Assembly (NCBI GenBank): GCA_964442455.1
Contig: CAYTZB010000002.1
Coordinates: 11,159 to 75,158 of the forward strand
Length of the DNA stretch: 64,000 nt
Direction: 5' to 3'
DNA from: an uncultured Gammaproteobacteria bacterium
GTDB lineage: Bacteria; Patescibacteriota; Microgenomatia; UBA8517; JACQJR01
Shown: positions 56,647 through 64,000 of the stretch, piece by piece
Position numbering within the stretch: the stretch's first letter is position 1
How the letters are laid out: each line of letters starts with the position of its first letter
Notes under the pieces: generated by a model
Databases searched by the model: none
Told to the model about the DNA's origin: nothing
The model's input: the letters and a program-made list of their open reading frames with translations, nothing else
Position numbers and translations under genes: made by a program

Positions 56647-58401
56647 GTGATGGCAGAAGACACCCCAGAACAAGAACAACAACAAGAACCATCTAAATCT
56701 TCTCTAACCACTCAACCAATTTCGCGAAGAACTGCCATTAAAATTGGAGTTGGTGCAATAGCAACGTTGCTTGCGGGTGGAAAAGATACTCCTCGCCAAG
56801 CAAAAGTGGAAACAGCGCTCGAAAAAGGGATAAATGCTCTGGGCGTGCGGATAGAAAACTCTCAACTCTCTGCCTCTGGGGATAAAAATGAATGGACAAA
56901 AGCAACACTACGTGAATTTTTAGAAAGTACAAAAAGAGCAGTAGTAAATTTAGAAGTGTTAGCTACGCAACCAGAAACCGAAAAAATTAGAGAGATTGTA
57001 AGACAAAAATTCTCAAATCCTGATATTGACCCAGATAATCAAGTATTTTTCTTAAGAGACAAAAAAATATTAGAGGCGGCCCTTGGCAAACTTGAACAAC
57101 TTCCGTTTGAGACCGAAGAGCAAGCAATACTCCAAGCAAAACTAAAGAAAATTTTGGATACGTCAACTTATCCTATAACATTTAGAGAACTACGTTCTTC
57201 ATCCAGTGAAAGAAGTCTTACTCCAAGAAATATTGTATCAAATTATGAAAGATTGGGTAGTAAAAAATCAGGGACAATTGAAGTGAGCACGGGTATTGAA
57301 AATGAAAGCGAGACAAGTAAAGAAAGATTAAGACAAGTAAACGAAGAAGTAACAAGAAGACTAGCTGCGCTGCCTTTGACTGATTTAAGTTTATCAATTG
57401 TAATTTGGGATACATGGAAAGATGCAGAACCCCTTAGGGGTAAATTTAATTACGAGCCCTGGTCCGATAAAACACCATCCATTGAATATCATTTCAAGGG
57501 AAAACCCGCAGAGGCACCTTTTGGTCTTGAGCGGGAAACTTTGTTTATTCTGCATGAGGCGGCTCATGCACTAGACATAGAAAGCAATCCCACAATAATG
57601 CAATTTCTTACTCCTCCCCAAATTACTCATTTAGTTTACCTACGGGAACTGGCAACTTTAGAATCTTTCTCTCCTGATATCGAAAGTTTACTCGCGATTA
57701 AACAATTGAGAGGAGAAAAAATTTGGCCTGTTTCAGGTACAATTGGTAAGGACAGAGATAGTCACTTCGACTGGCGAAGTTGGTTTTTATCAAAAAGCAA
57801 GGAGGAGCCTATAAAACCAGAAGAGTTAAATTTACTTGTGAGAGCATATCCTGAATCAGGATGGCTTGGGTTTTATCCCCTTTCGGAGAAATGGTTGGAA
57901 GATTTTCAATTACGACTTAGATTCGGAATATTTGGAGGATACTCAACTGGATTCCTAAATTCCTGGGAAGAGTTTATTAACTCTCAATCAAATATGCTCA
58001 ATAATTTAGCAAGAACCGACCCAATTTTAAGGCATGGATTACAACTTCTAACAACAAGAATAAACTCGTTGGATACAGAAGATTTTAGAGAAAAGTCAGC
58101 TGTAGCATGGCAATCTTCCTTCGCCAAAGCTCTACAAGCGGTTCTGGCTGAAGACTTAATGAAAGCAGGCACAAGTAAAGAGGCCTTCAAACCCGAATTT
58201 TATACTCACCTTTTGAAAGAATTTCAAATTGATTATAGAGGAGCAGAAAGAGAGGGTTTGGCAGACGGCATCGCATTTCTTCTCTTTCTAGAGTCAGAGA
58301 GAGGACAAAATCCTAACGAACTCCGCTCCCCATACTGGAATTACTACCAGGAATTAAGGAAACTGATAAAAGAAAAACCAAGAATAGTAACTGTAGAATG
58401 A
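56647..58401 (+). CDS. hypothetical Tat-signal protein with HExxH motif (584 aa)
   Basis: ISRRTAIKIGVGAIATLLAGG twin-arginine-like signal, and LFILHEAAHALD (HExxH). Confidence 0.5.
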   Translation: MMAEDTPEQEQQQEPSKSSLTTQPISRRTAIKIGVGAIATLLAGGKDTPRQAKVETALEKGINALGVRIENSQLSASGDKNEWTKATLREFLESTKRAVVNLEVLATQPETEKIREIVRQKFSNPDIDPDNQVFFLRDKKILEAALGKLEQLPFETEEQAILQAKLKKILDTSTYPITFRELRSSSSERSLTPRNIVSNYERLGSKKSGTIEVSTGIENESETSKERLRQVNEEVTRRLAALPLTDLSLSIVIWDTWKDAEPLRGKFNYEPWSDKTPSIEYHFKGKPAEAPFGLERETLFILHEAAHALDIESNPTIMQFLTPPQITHLVYLRELATLESFSPDIESLLAIKQLRGEKIWPVSGTIGKDRDSHFDWRSWFLSKSKEEPIKPEELNLLVRAYPESGWLGFYPLSEKWLEDFQLRLRFGIFGGYSTGFLNSWEEFINSQSNMLNNLARTDPILRHGLQLLTTRINSLDTEDFREKSAVAWQSSFAKALQAVLAEDLMKAGTSKEAFKPEFYTHLLKEFQIDYRGAEREGLADGIAFLLFLESERGQNPNELRSPYWNYYQELRKLIKEKPRIVTVE

Positions 58402-58680
58402 CTACCCCCCAAGTAGTCCGGAGAGTCCTCCGCCCATTTGTTGGAGCTTTTTAGCGGCTATTTCTTGGGATTTTTTAAGTGCTTTGTTTAAAACTTCTGC
58501 AACTTTTTTTTGATCTTCACCGCTAATTGTCAATTTCTGAATCTGCTGATCTCCGGTCATAACCACCTGTATTCCATCTTCTTCGACCGTAATCGTTTCA
58601 GCCCGCAGCGCTTTTTGCATTTGCATTGCCTGGTCACGAAGCTGCTTTAGTTTTTTAAGTTGTTGAAGTTTGTCAAACAT
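58402..58680 (-). CDS. ybaB: nucleoid-associated protein YbaB/EbfC
   Basis: 92 aa, ...MQKALRAETITVEEDGIQVVMTGDQQIQKLTI... Confidence 0.88.
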   Translation of the reverse strand: MFDKLQQLKKLKQLRDQAMQMQKALRAETITVEEDGIQVVMTGDQQIQKLTISGEDQKKVAEVLNKALKKSQEIAAKKLQQMGGGLSGLLGG

Positions 58681-58686
58681 AGTTGG

Positions 58687-58715
58687 AAAATTTCTAATTA
58701 TTCTAATTTCTAATT
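58687..58715. repeat. 29-nt AT-rich motif AAAATTTCTAATTATTCTAATTTCTAATT upstream of ybaB
   Basis: Identical to 32619-32647. Confidence 0.65.
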
Positions 58716-58779
58716 CCTAAAATTTAGTTATTTGTTTTCTTTAGGTCAATTTAAATATTACCATGTAATATTTGTCAGG

Positions 58780-60561
58780 TCAATTCTGTAATTTTCCTCC
58801 AAAAATCTCCTCGGCAACCGTAATGATATCCTCATCCTCCTTCGCGCCTACTCCGCCGGAGCTGCTTCGGCTGCGAAGGCCGGGCAAGGCTTCGGAGGAC
58901 GCTTCCTCATCATCTATCTCCTCTTCCTTCTTTTCTGCACTCCCTCTTTCCTCAACTTCTTGCTTTGGCCCCTCCAGGCCAGAGACCCTCTGGGCCGGTG
59001 GCTTCTCTCCTAATTCAAACACCATTCGAAGCGGACTCGTTTCCAACACTTTTTCGGCAACCTCCTCTATAATTCTTCTATTCACTTCCTCTTCTAATTT
59101 TTCTTTATGAAATTGATAAAATACGGAAATTATAAGTGTACCGCCATCAAAGCCAAGTGGCCTACTTGACCTGAGAAGTGCTTCAATTGAATGGTTATGA
59201 GTTTTCACCTCAGCAAGTAGTTTTCTCCAAAGCTCATCTGTTATCTCCTTTTCTTTCTTTACTTTCCCTTCATTAGAAGTCGATACTGTCGCCGAACGCA
59301 CACCTAACTCTCCCTTCTCAGAAGACGAACCAGGCGATGAATGAAGCTCTCGTTTGTCTGAGGTAGTTCCGAGTGACTGAAGTTGACGCGCAGACGTCAC
59401 GGAAGTCCGAGGAACGGTTCCGTCTTTGGCGGGAACCGAGTTACGAGACGAATGAATCGCCTGCGAGTCTTCAATCTTCTCTCCACACCACTCAATAACT
59501 GCCAACTCCAACGGCAATTCGGGAATTGGCGAAGTGCGCATTCCCTCAAGCCCAGTTAGAAGTAGTGTAAGGAGTTGCGTCAAATCTTGCTGAGGCATTT
59601 TAATATCTTCTTCGCTGCCTAGTCCATGTTTCGCCAAAAGTCCACTTCGTAATATTTCAATTAATTGAACGGTAAACTGTCTCATGTTTACGCCGCGATG
59701 TGCCAATTCTTCGATCTGAGAGAGTAACCCTTTCTCATCTCTCTTAATAAGAAATTCAAGAAAGGTGCGTGGATTGCTAAGATTTTGAGAAAAAAATGCT
59801 ATGGCTACTCCCCGCTTCACTTTCCCCTCACCTGCTATTTGTTCCAAAAATTTTATCGCATCCCTGAAACTTCCTTCACAATACTGCGTAATCATTTCAA
59901 GCACCTCATGCTCTACTTCTACTTTCTCGTGTTGTGCCACCCGTGTCAGTGCACGTAAAACTTCCATTTTAGTTGCTTGACCAAAGTGAACTGTTACCGC
60001 CCGAGATTTAATGGTTTCAGGAATTTTGTGTACTTCTGTGGTTGCAAGAATAAATACAACATTAGGTGGTGGCTCTTCCAATGTTTTAAGCAATGCATTA
60101 AACGCTTCAGTCGTTAGCATGTGCGCTTCGTCAATAATGTAAACTTTTGTGCGTCCCCCAGCCGGTGCAAGCTTGACTGCATCCCGTAATGAACGGATAT
60201 CTTCAATCCCCCGATGAGATGCTCCATCCAGTTCAACCACGGCGAGCGATGTCCCATTAGTAATTTCTATGCAACTCGTGCATTGGTTGCATGGTTCAGC
60301 AAGTCCCCCAGCTGGCGTATTCTCGCAATTAAGAATTTTGGCAATAAGGCGAGCGGCTGAAGTTTTACCTGTTCCCTTTGGTCCCGCAAAAAGAAGAGCG
60401 TGAGGAACAGAGCCACGTTTTATAAAAAACAGAAGTGCTTCTCTTACCTGTTCCTGGTCAAGTTCAGAAACTTGTTGGGGACGATGTGCGACATACCAAC
60501 CGCGCCCCACATTGGTTGCTCGCACGTTCTCCGAACTTTGCTTTGGTTCATGCCTCTTCAT
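58780..60561 (-). CDS. dnaX: DNA polymerase III subunit gamma/tau
   Basis: AAA+ clamp-loader motifs (GPKGTGKTSAARL, DEAHML, zinc module CNQCTSC), acidic C-terminus. About 25-aa N-terminal extension. Confidence 0.9.
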   Translation of the reverse strand: MKRHEPKQSSENVRATNVGRGWYVAHRPQQVSELDQEQVREALLFFIKRGSVPHALLFAGPKGTGKTSAARLIAKILNCENTPAGGLAEPCNQCTSCIEITNGTSLAVVELDGASHRGIEDIRSLRDAVKLAPAGGRTKVYIIDEAHMLTTEAFNALLKTLEEPPPNVVFILATTEVHKIPETIKSRAVTVHFGQATKMEVLRALTRVAQHEKVEVEHEVLEMITQYCEGSFRDAIKFLEQIAGEGKVKRGVAIAFFSQNLSNPRTFLEFLIKRDEKGLLSQIEELAHRGVNMRQFTVQLIEILRSGLLAKHGLGSEEDIKMPQQDLTQLLTLLLTGLEGMRTSPIPELPLELAVIEWCGEKIEDSQAIHSSRNSVPAKDGTVPRTSVTSARQLQSLGTTSDKRELHSSPGSSSEKGELGVRSATVSTSNEGKVKKEKEITDELWRKLLAEVKTHNHSIEALLRSSRPLGFDGGTLIISVFYQFHKEKLEEEVNRRIIEEVAEKVLETSPLRMVFELGEKPPAQRVSGLEGPKQEVEERGSAEKKEEEIDDEEASSEALPGLRSRSSSGGVGAKEDEDIITVAEEIFGGKLQN

Positions 60562-60765
60562 ATCCTCCTTCTGGTTTTCCGCAGCATCCTCTCTCGCTCG
60601 TACCGTTCTCGAGATGGCTTAATATACCGTTCTCTCTTTTTCAGTTCGAGCAGTATCCCTGATTCGGCAACCTTTTTTCTAAATTTGGCAATAAGTTTCT
60701 CATCCGATTCTCCCGGCTCTTTTTTGACAATGGTCATTGTCTTTTTACATCTCCACCTCCCTTAT

Positions 60766-61098
60766 TCAGCCAACATCCCTCACCCATTCTCCTCCGAGCA
60801 AGTGCCAATGGAGATGGGGAACATGTTGAAATACTCCTCCATTAAATGTCATTCTGTATTTTTTTTCTACCCCTTTTTCTTTTATAAGTTGTTGCGCAAC
60901 GCTAATCATCTCAGAAATCACTTCTTTGTGGTTATCCTGTATGTCGGTAAAGGTCGGAATGTGCTCTTTTGGGACAATCAGAATATGCACATACGCTGCG
61001 GGTTTAACGTCAGGAAACGCTATAACACGCTCTCCCTCGTACAAAAATTCTGCTGGAATTTCTTTCTTTATAATTTTGCAGAATACACATTCTTCCAT
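60766..61098 (-). CDS. HIT-family (histidine triad) protein
   Basis: C-terminal HVPHLHWHLLGG triad. Confidence 0.85.
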   Translation of the reverse strand: MEECVFCKIIKKEIPAEFLYEGERVIAFPDVKPAAYVHILIVPKEHIPTFTDIQDNHKEVISEMISVAQQLIKEKGVEKKYRMTFNGGVFQHVPHLHWHLLGGEWVRDVG

Positions 61099-61187
61099 CC
61101 AACTATACAGTATATCTCCTTTTTAAAAACCCAACAAGTCGGAAATTTACGCTCGGAAATCAACTCGTTATTCCTCGACAAGCTTAA

Positions 61188-62228
61188 TTAGAGAAGTTTT
61201 ATCAAAGTTTTTGCTAATTTTTGGGGACTATGACGGATAAGGTGGGTCGTGTCAATACCGTTTTCTACAAAATTCCCACGTAGTGTTTGAAACGATAGCG
61301 TCCCATTGAGGTCCGCCGGACCAGAAAGTCCCTCTCCGAACCTTGAGGTTCTCCGAACCGGAGGTCTGGACTGGAGGTCGTCTTTGACTGGTTGGGCTTT
61401 AAATCTTTTATACCAAGAGAGAATTTTCCCTTTAGGTAAACTGTCGTTAACTATGACACAGGAAAGCTTACGAGCCGCTCCATCGAGGTAACACTTTATC
61501 TCCTTTACAAATTCTGATGTAGTAAAGTTGTCAGTCTCTCCATGTTTAGTCATTAAATTAACAACAAATATAATCTTCCCACGAGATTTGGCAATCGCGT
61601 GAGTCACACCCGAAACCAGTAGATTTGGAATAATGCTTGTATAAAGATCGCCTGGACCCAAAACTATGAGGTCTGCTTTTAAAATCGCATCACGCGCTTG
61701 AGAGAACACTCGTGCCTTGGGTCGAAGATATACCTTTTTAATTGGTACTTTCGGCTTTTCTTCTCGAATATCAATACGCCGCTCCCCTACTATTCGTGAA
61801 CCATCCGCAAGCACTGCACATAAATGAGTATTGTCCAACGTCACGGGCAAAACTCGACCGGAAACGGCTAAAATCCGCTCGGCTTCTGCAATTGCTTTTT
61901 CTGGACTACCTGTGATTTGGGTCAATGCTGCCAAAAAGATATTTCCCAACGAGTGGCCTCGCAGCTCCTTCCCGTTTTTAAAACGAAAATCAAATAATCG
62001 TTCGAGTGTTTTCTCGCGGATGGGCAAGGAGGAAAGCGCAAGGAGTGCCCGCCGAATATCTCCCGGTGGGAGCATACCAAACTCCGTTCGGAGCCGCCCC
62101 GATGAGCCGCCGGAATCAGACATTGCGACAACTGCAGAGAGTTCGAGTTGTGGATACTGCTTGAGGCCGACCAATACCTGGTATGTCCCTGTTCCTCCGC
62201 CTATGACAACGACGTGTTTTTTGGTCAT
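61188..62228 (-). CDS. yvcK: YvcK/CofD-family gluconeogenesis factor (UPF0052)
   Basis: MTKKHVVVIGGGTGTYQVLVGLKQY N-terminal motif. Confidence 0.85.
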   Translation of the reverse strand: MTKKHVVVIGGGTGTYQVLVGLKQYPQLELSAVVAMSDSGGSSGRLRTEFGMLPPGDIRRALLALSSLPIREKTLERLFDFRFKNGKELRGHSLGNIFLAALTQITGSPEKAIAEAERILAVSGRVLPVTLDNTHLCAVLADGSRIVGERRIDIREEKPKVPIKKVYLRPKARVFSQARDAILKADLIVLGPGDLYTSIIPNLLVSGVTHAIAKSRGKIIFVVNLMTKHGETDNFTTSEFVKEIKCYLDGAARKLSCVIVNDSLPKGKILSWYKRFKAQPVKDDLQSRPPVRRTSRFGEGLSGPADLNGTLSFQTLRGNFVENGIDTTHLIRHSPQKLAKTLIKLL

Positions 62229-62375
62229 GGCACATCAAAAGTGCCTACCTCGCCATAAGGTGGGTGGGCAGCACTCGCGTTTCGTACCTCTACTGTACTA
62301 CAGGATGTCAAGGTCCGCAATACCCCAAAAGAACTTATTTGATTTTACCCATCTCACTATGATAAAAAGTGGGCA

Positions 62376-62936
62376 ATGAGACCTCCTGAAGTTCCTGGTT
62401 CTTCTCCTGAAGAGATTAATAATCCTTCTCTCTTTCCTATTAGATACGAGTACAGTGGTAATTTTTACTCAGATGTTAATTTCAACCCAGAAATTATCCA
62501 ACGGCTAATTAGAATCATCGGTCGTCCAAAAACACCCCTCATAATTAGGGATGGGAATTTAAGTAGAGAAGATTTTATAAAGATTCCGGTTATGGATTCT
62601 CGTGGCTGGCCAACTATTATTCCATTAGGAGAAAATAAACCTAATGTCTCAATCGATAGAATAAATGATGCGATTATTGCCTCGATAAATTCTGCGGTTA
62701 TTGATGGGAGAATTCAAAAAGAACATCCAAACTTCACTCTACAAATCTACAAAAGCTCATTTATTGAAACGCTCATTAAAACTATTTCTGCAGCCATTTT
62801 TATCTGGTCACTAAATATAATGGTTGAAAATCTTAGGGGAAGACCACGATGGGAATTGGCAACCGTACCAGCTGCTTTCTTGACATTTTGGGTAAGGAAT
62901 AGAAAAGGCATAATTACTCCTTCAACCGCTCAATAG
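62376..62936 (+). CDS. hypothetical protein (186 aa)
   Basis: ORF only, with one C-terminal TM segment. Confidence 0.4.
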   Translation: MRPPEVPGSSPEEINNPSLFPIRYEYSGNFYSDVNFNPEIIQRLIRIIGRPKTPLIIRDGNLSREDFIKIPVMDSRGWPTIIPLGENKPNVSIDRINDAIIASINSAVIDGRIQKEHPNFTLQIYKSSFIETLIKTISAAIFIWSLNIMVENLRGRPRWELATVPAAFLTFWVRNRKGIITPSTAQ

Positions 62937-64000
62937 CCTCCTCAAGAGAAATAAGCTCAGCTTTATCACTATCTCGCTTTTTCCATTCCACCTTATCGCC
63001 GGTCTGCTCGGAAACCACAAGCCGAACAGGGACTCCCACTAAATCTGCATCCGCAAATTTTTCACCAGCAGACACATCCTTTCTATCATCATACAAAACT
63101 TCCACGCCGGCTTTATTCAGCATTTCATACACATCATCTGTTTTATTACTTATTGCGTTTTGCTCATTGCTTACTGCCACCAAGTGGCATTCATAAGGTG
63201 CAACTTCCTTTGGCCAAATAATTCCTCGCTCATCATGGAATAATTCTACCAATGTTCCGATAAGTCGCGTCACTCCTATACCATAACTTGCAAAATACGG
63301 ATAACGCTTTTCTCCTTTCTCACCAGTAAGTGTTACACTCATCTTCTCACTATAGCTTGTCCAAAAGCGGAAAATATTTCCGACTTCTATTGACTTACCC
63401 ATTTGTATCTTTCCTTCCTTGCAGTTTGTACACGCATTACCTTCTCGCACCTCGGCAATTTCCTTGTTCTGGGCAAATTCACAATTGTCGCAATAAAAAA
63501 TTGTATCTTCTCCTCCTTCGTTTAAAACCTGAAACTCATGAGTATTTTCTTCGGTAAAAACTCCCCCTCCAGATTCAGTAACTTTTACCTCAAATCCAAT
63601 TCTCTTAAAAATCTTCTTGTACGCTTCCGCAACTTCCCAGTAGTATTTGTTCATATCTTCCTCTGTTGTATGGGCACTGTAAAGATCCTTCATTAAAAAT
63701 TCTCTGCCTCGCAGAATTCCCGACCTAGCACGCGGTTCGTCTCGGAATTTAGTTGAAAAATGGTATATTTTTATCGGATAATCCTTATAGCTTGATGCGT
63801 GTTTTCGGATAAGGTCCAGTACTATTTCTTCGTGAGTAAATGAGAGGGCGTACTCTTTATTATCTTTTTTGAATTGATACATCACTTCTCGCGCACTATC
63901 CCATCTTCCGGTTTCATTCCAAATTTCTTTAGGGTGCAAAAGCGGCATTAGGATCTCTTGTGCTCCCGTTGCGTTCATTCCCTTACGAACAATTTCTTGG
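62914..64000 (-). CDS. proS: proline--tRNA ligase, C-terminal part (N-terminus beyond window end)
   Basis: RGREFLMKDLYSAH class II motif 2 region, plus a C-terminal zinc-binding CDNCEF...CTNC. The frame stays open up to the window edge. Confidence 0.85.
   Translation of the reverse strand, partial: QEIVRKGMNATGAQEILMPLLHPKEIWNETGRWDSAREVMYQFKKDNKEYALSFTHEEIVLDLIRKHASSYKDYPIKIYHFSTKFRDEPRARSGILRGREFLMKDLYSAHTTEEDMNKYYWEVAEAYKKIFKRIGFEVKVTESGGGVFTEENTHEFQVLNEGGEDTIFYCDNCEFAQNKEIAEVREGNACTNCKEGKIQMGKSIEVGNIFRFWTSYSEKMSVTLTGEKGEKRYPYFASYGIGVTRLIGTLVELFHDERGIIWPKEVAPYECHLVAVSNEQNAISNKTDDVYEMLNKAGVEVLYDDRKDVSAGEKFADADLVGVPVRLVVSEQTGDKVEWKKRDSDKAELISLEEAIERLKE

Noticed and set aside
60562-60765. 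Possible SRP RNA (ffs) in the 200-nt spacer upstream of dnaX, as in the ffs-dnaX-ybaB-recR arrangement of many bacteria
   Set aside because: Reading both strands I could not find the conserved domain-IV GGAAGCAGCC/AGGNAGG motifs. The region looks like an ordinary 5' UTR plus the terminator of the HIT gene.
60400-61191. 263-aa plus-strand ORF spanning the dnaX-HIT spacer
   Set aside because: It is antisense to the conserved HIT gene and to the dnaX 5' end, and has low complexity. It is a spurious ORF.
1-64000. Stop-codon reassignment (UGA=Gly/Trp), as in some candidate phyla
   Set aside because: TGA terminates several well-defined ORFs (for example 1292-1555 and cysS neighbours). TAA, TAG and TGA all delimit conserved proteins at the expected lengths.

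Overview
This 64 kb window looks like chromosome from a small-genome, uncultured-type bacterium (about 45% GC, short intergenic spacers, a free-standing LAGLIDADG homing endonuclease, a four-helix-bundle protein, ribosomal proteins with Lys-rich tails). A CPR/Patescibacteria-like origin is inference only. TGA, TAA and TAG are all used as stops, so the standard bacterial code applies.

Most of the window is housekeeping. Recognisable genes include: gyrB (3' end), a membrane H+-pyrophosphatase, gyrA, a XerC/D-type recombinase, YebC, a Kef-type K+/H+ antiporter, RluA, DksA-like, efp, TldE/PmbA and TldD, tRNA-Leu(CAA), DnaB, L31, an RF1-like release factor, HtrA, CtpA, the rpsF-ssb-rpsR operon, YchF, PurD, a MacAB/HlyD-like ABC exporter, a PQQ sugar dehydrogenase, CysRS, the dnaX-ybaB-recR operon, HIT, YvcK and ProRS (partial), plus a HicAB toxin-antitoxin pair.

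The observations most worth a second look:
1. A 378-aa protein fusing a sigma-70 region-4 domain to two RpoA alpha-CTD-like domains, sitting between divergent and convergent tldE and tldD genes.
2. A 33-aa leader ORF that copies the first 11 codons of gyrA, followed by an intrinsic-terminator-like hairpin in the gyrA leader.
3. A 543-aa secreted protein built from about 11 four-cysteine modules, including six near-identical ~33-aa tandem repeats and a poly-Q tail.
4. A dispersed AT-rich intergenic motif family (AATTAGAAATTAG...AATTAGAAATTTT), including an identical 29-mer upstream of htrA and ybaB.
5. A 14-nt palindromic direct repeat flanking a single unknown ORF next to the recombinase.
6. 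A LAGLIDADG endonuclease ORF starting 7 nt after the tRNA-Leu 3' end.
7. Two Tat-signal HExxH proteins, a HisRS catalytic-core paralog, and a release factor lacking domain 1.

No CRISPR array, rRNA or obvious transposase was found.
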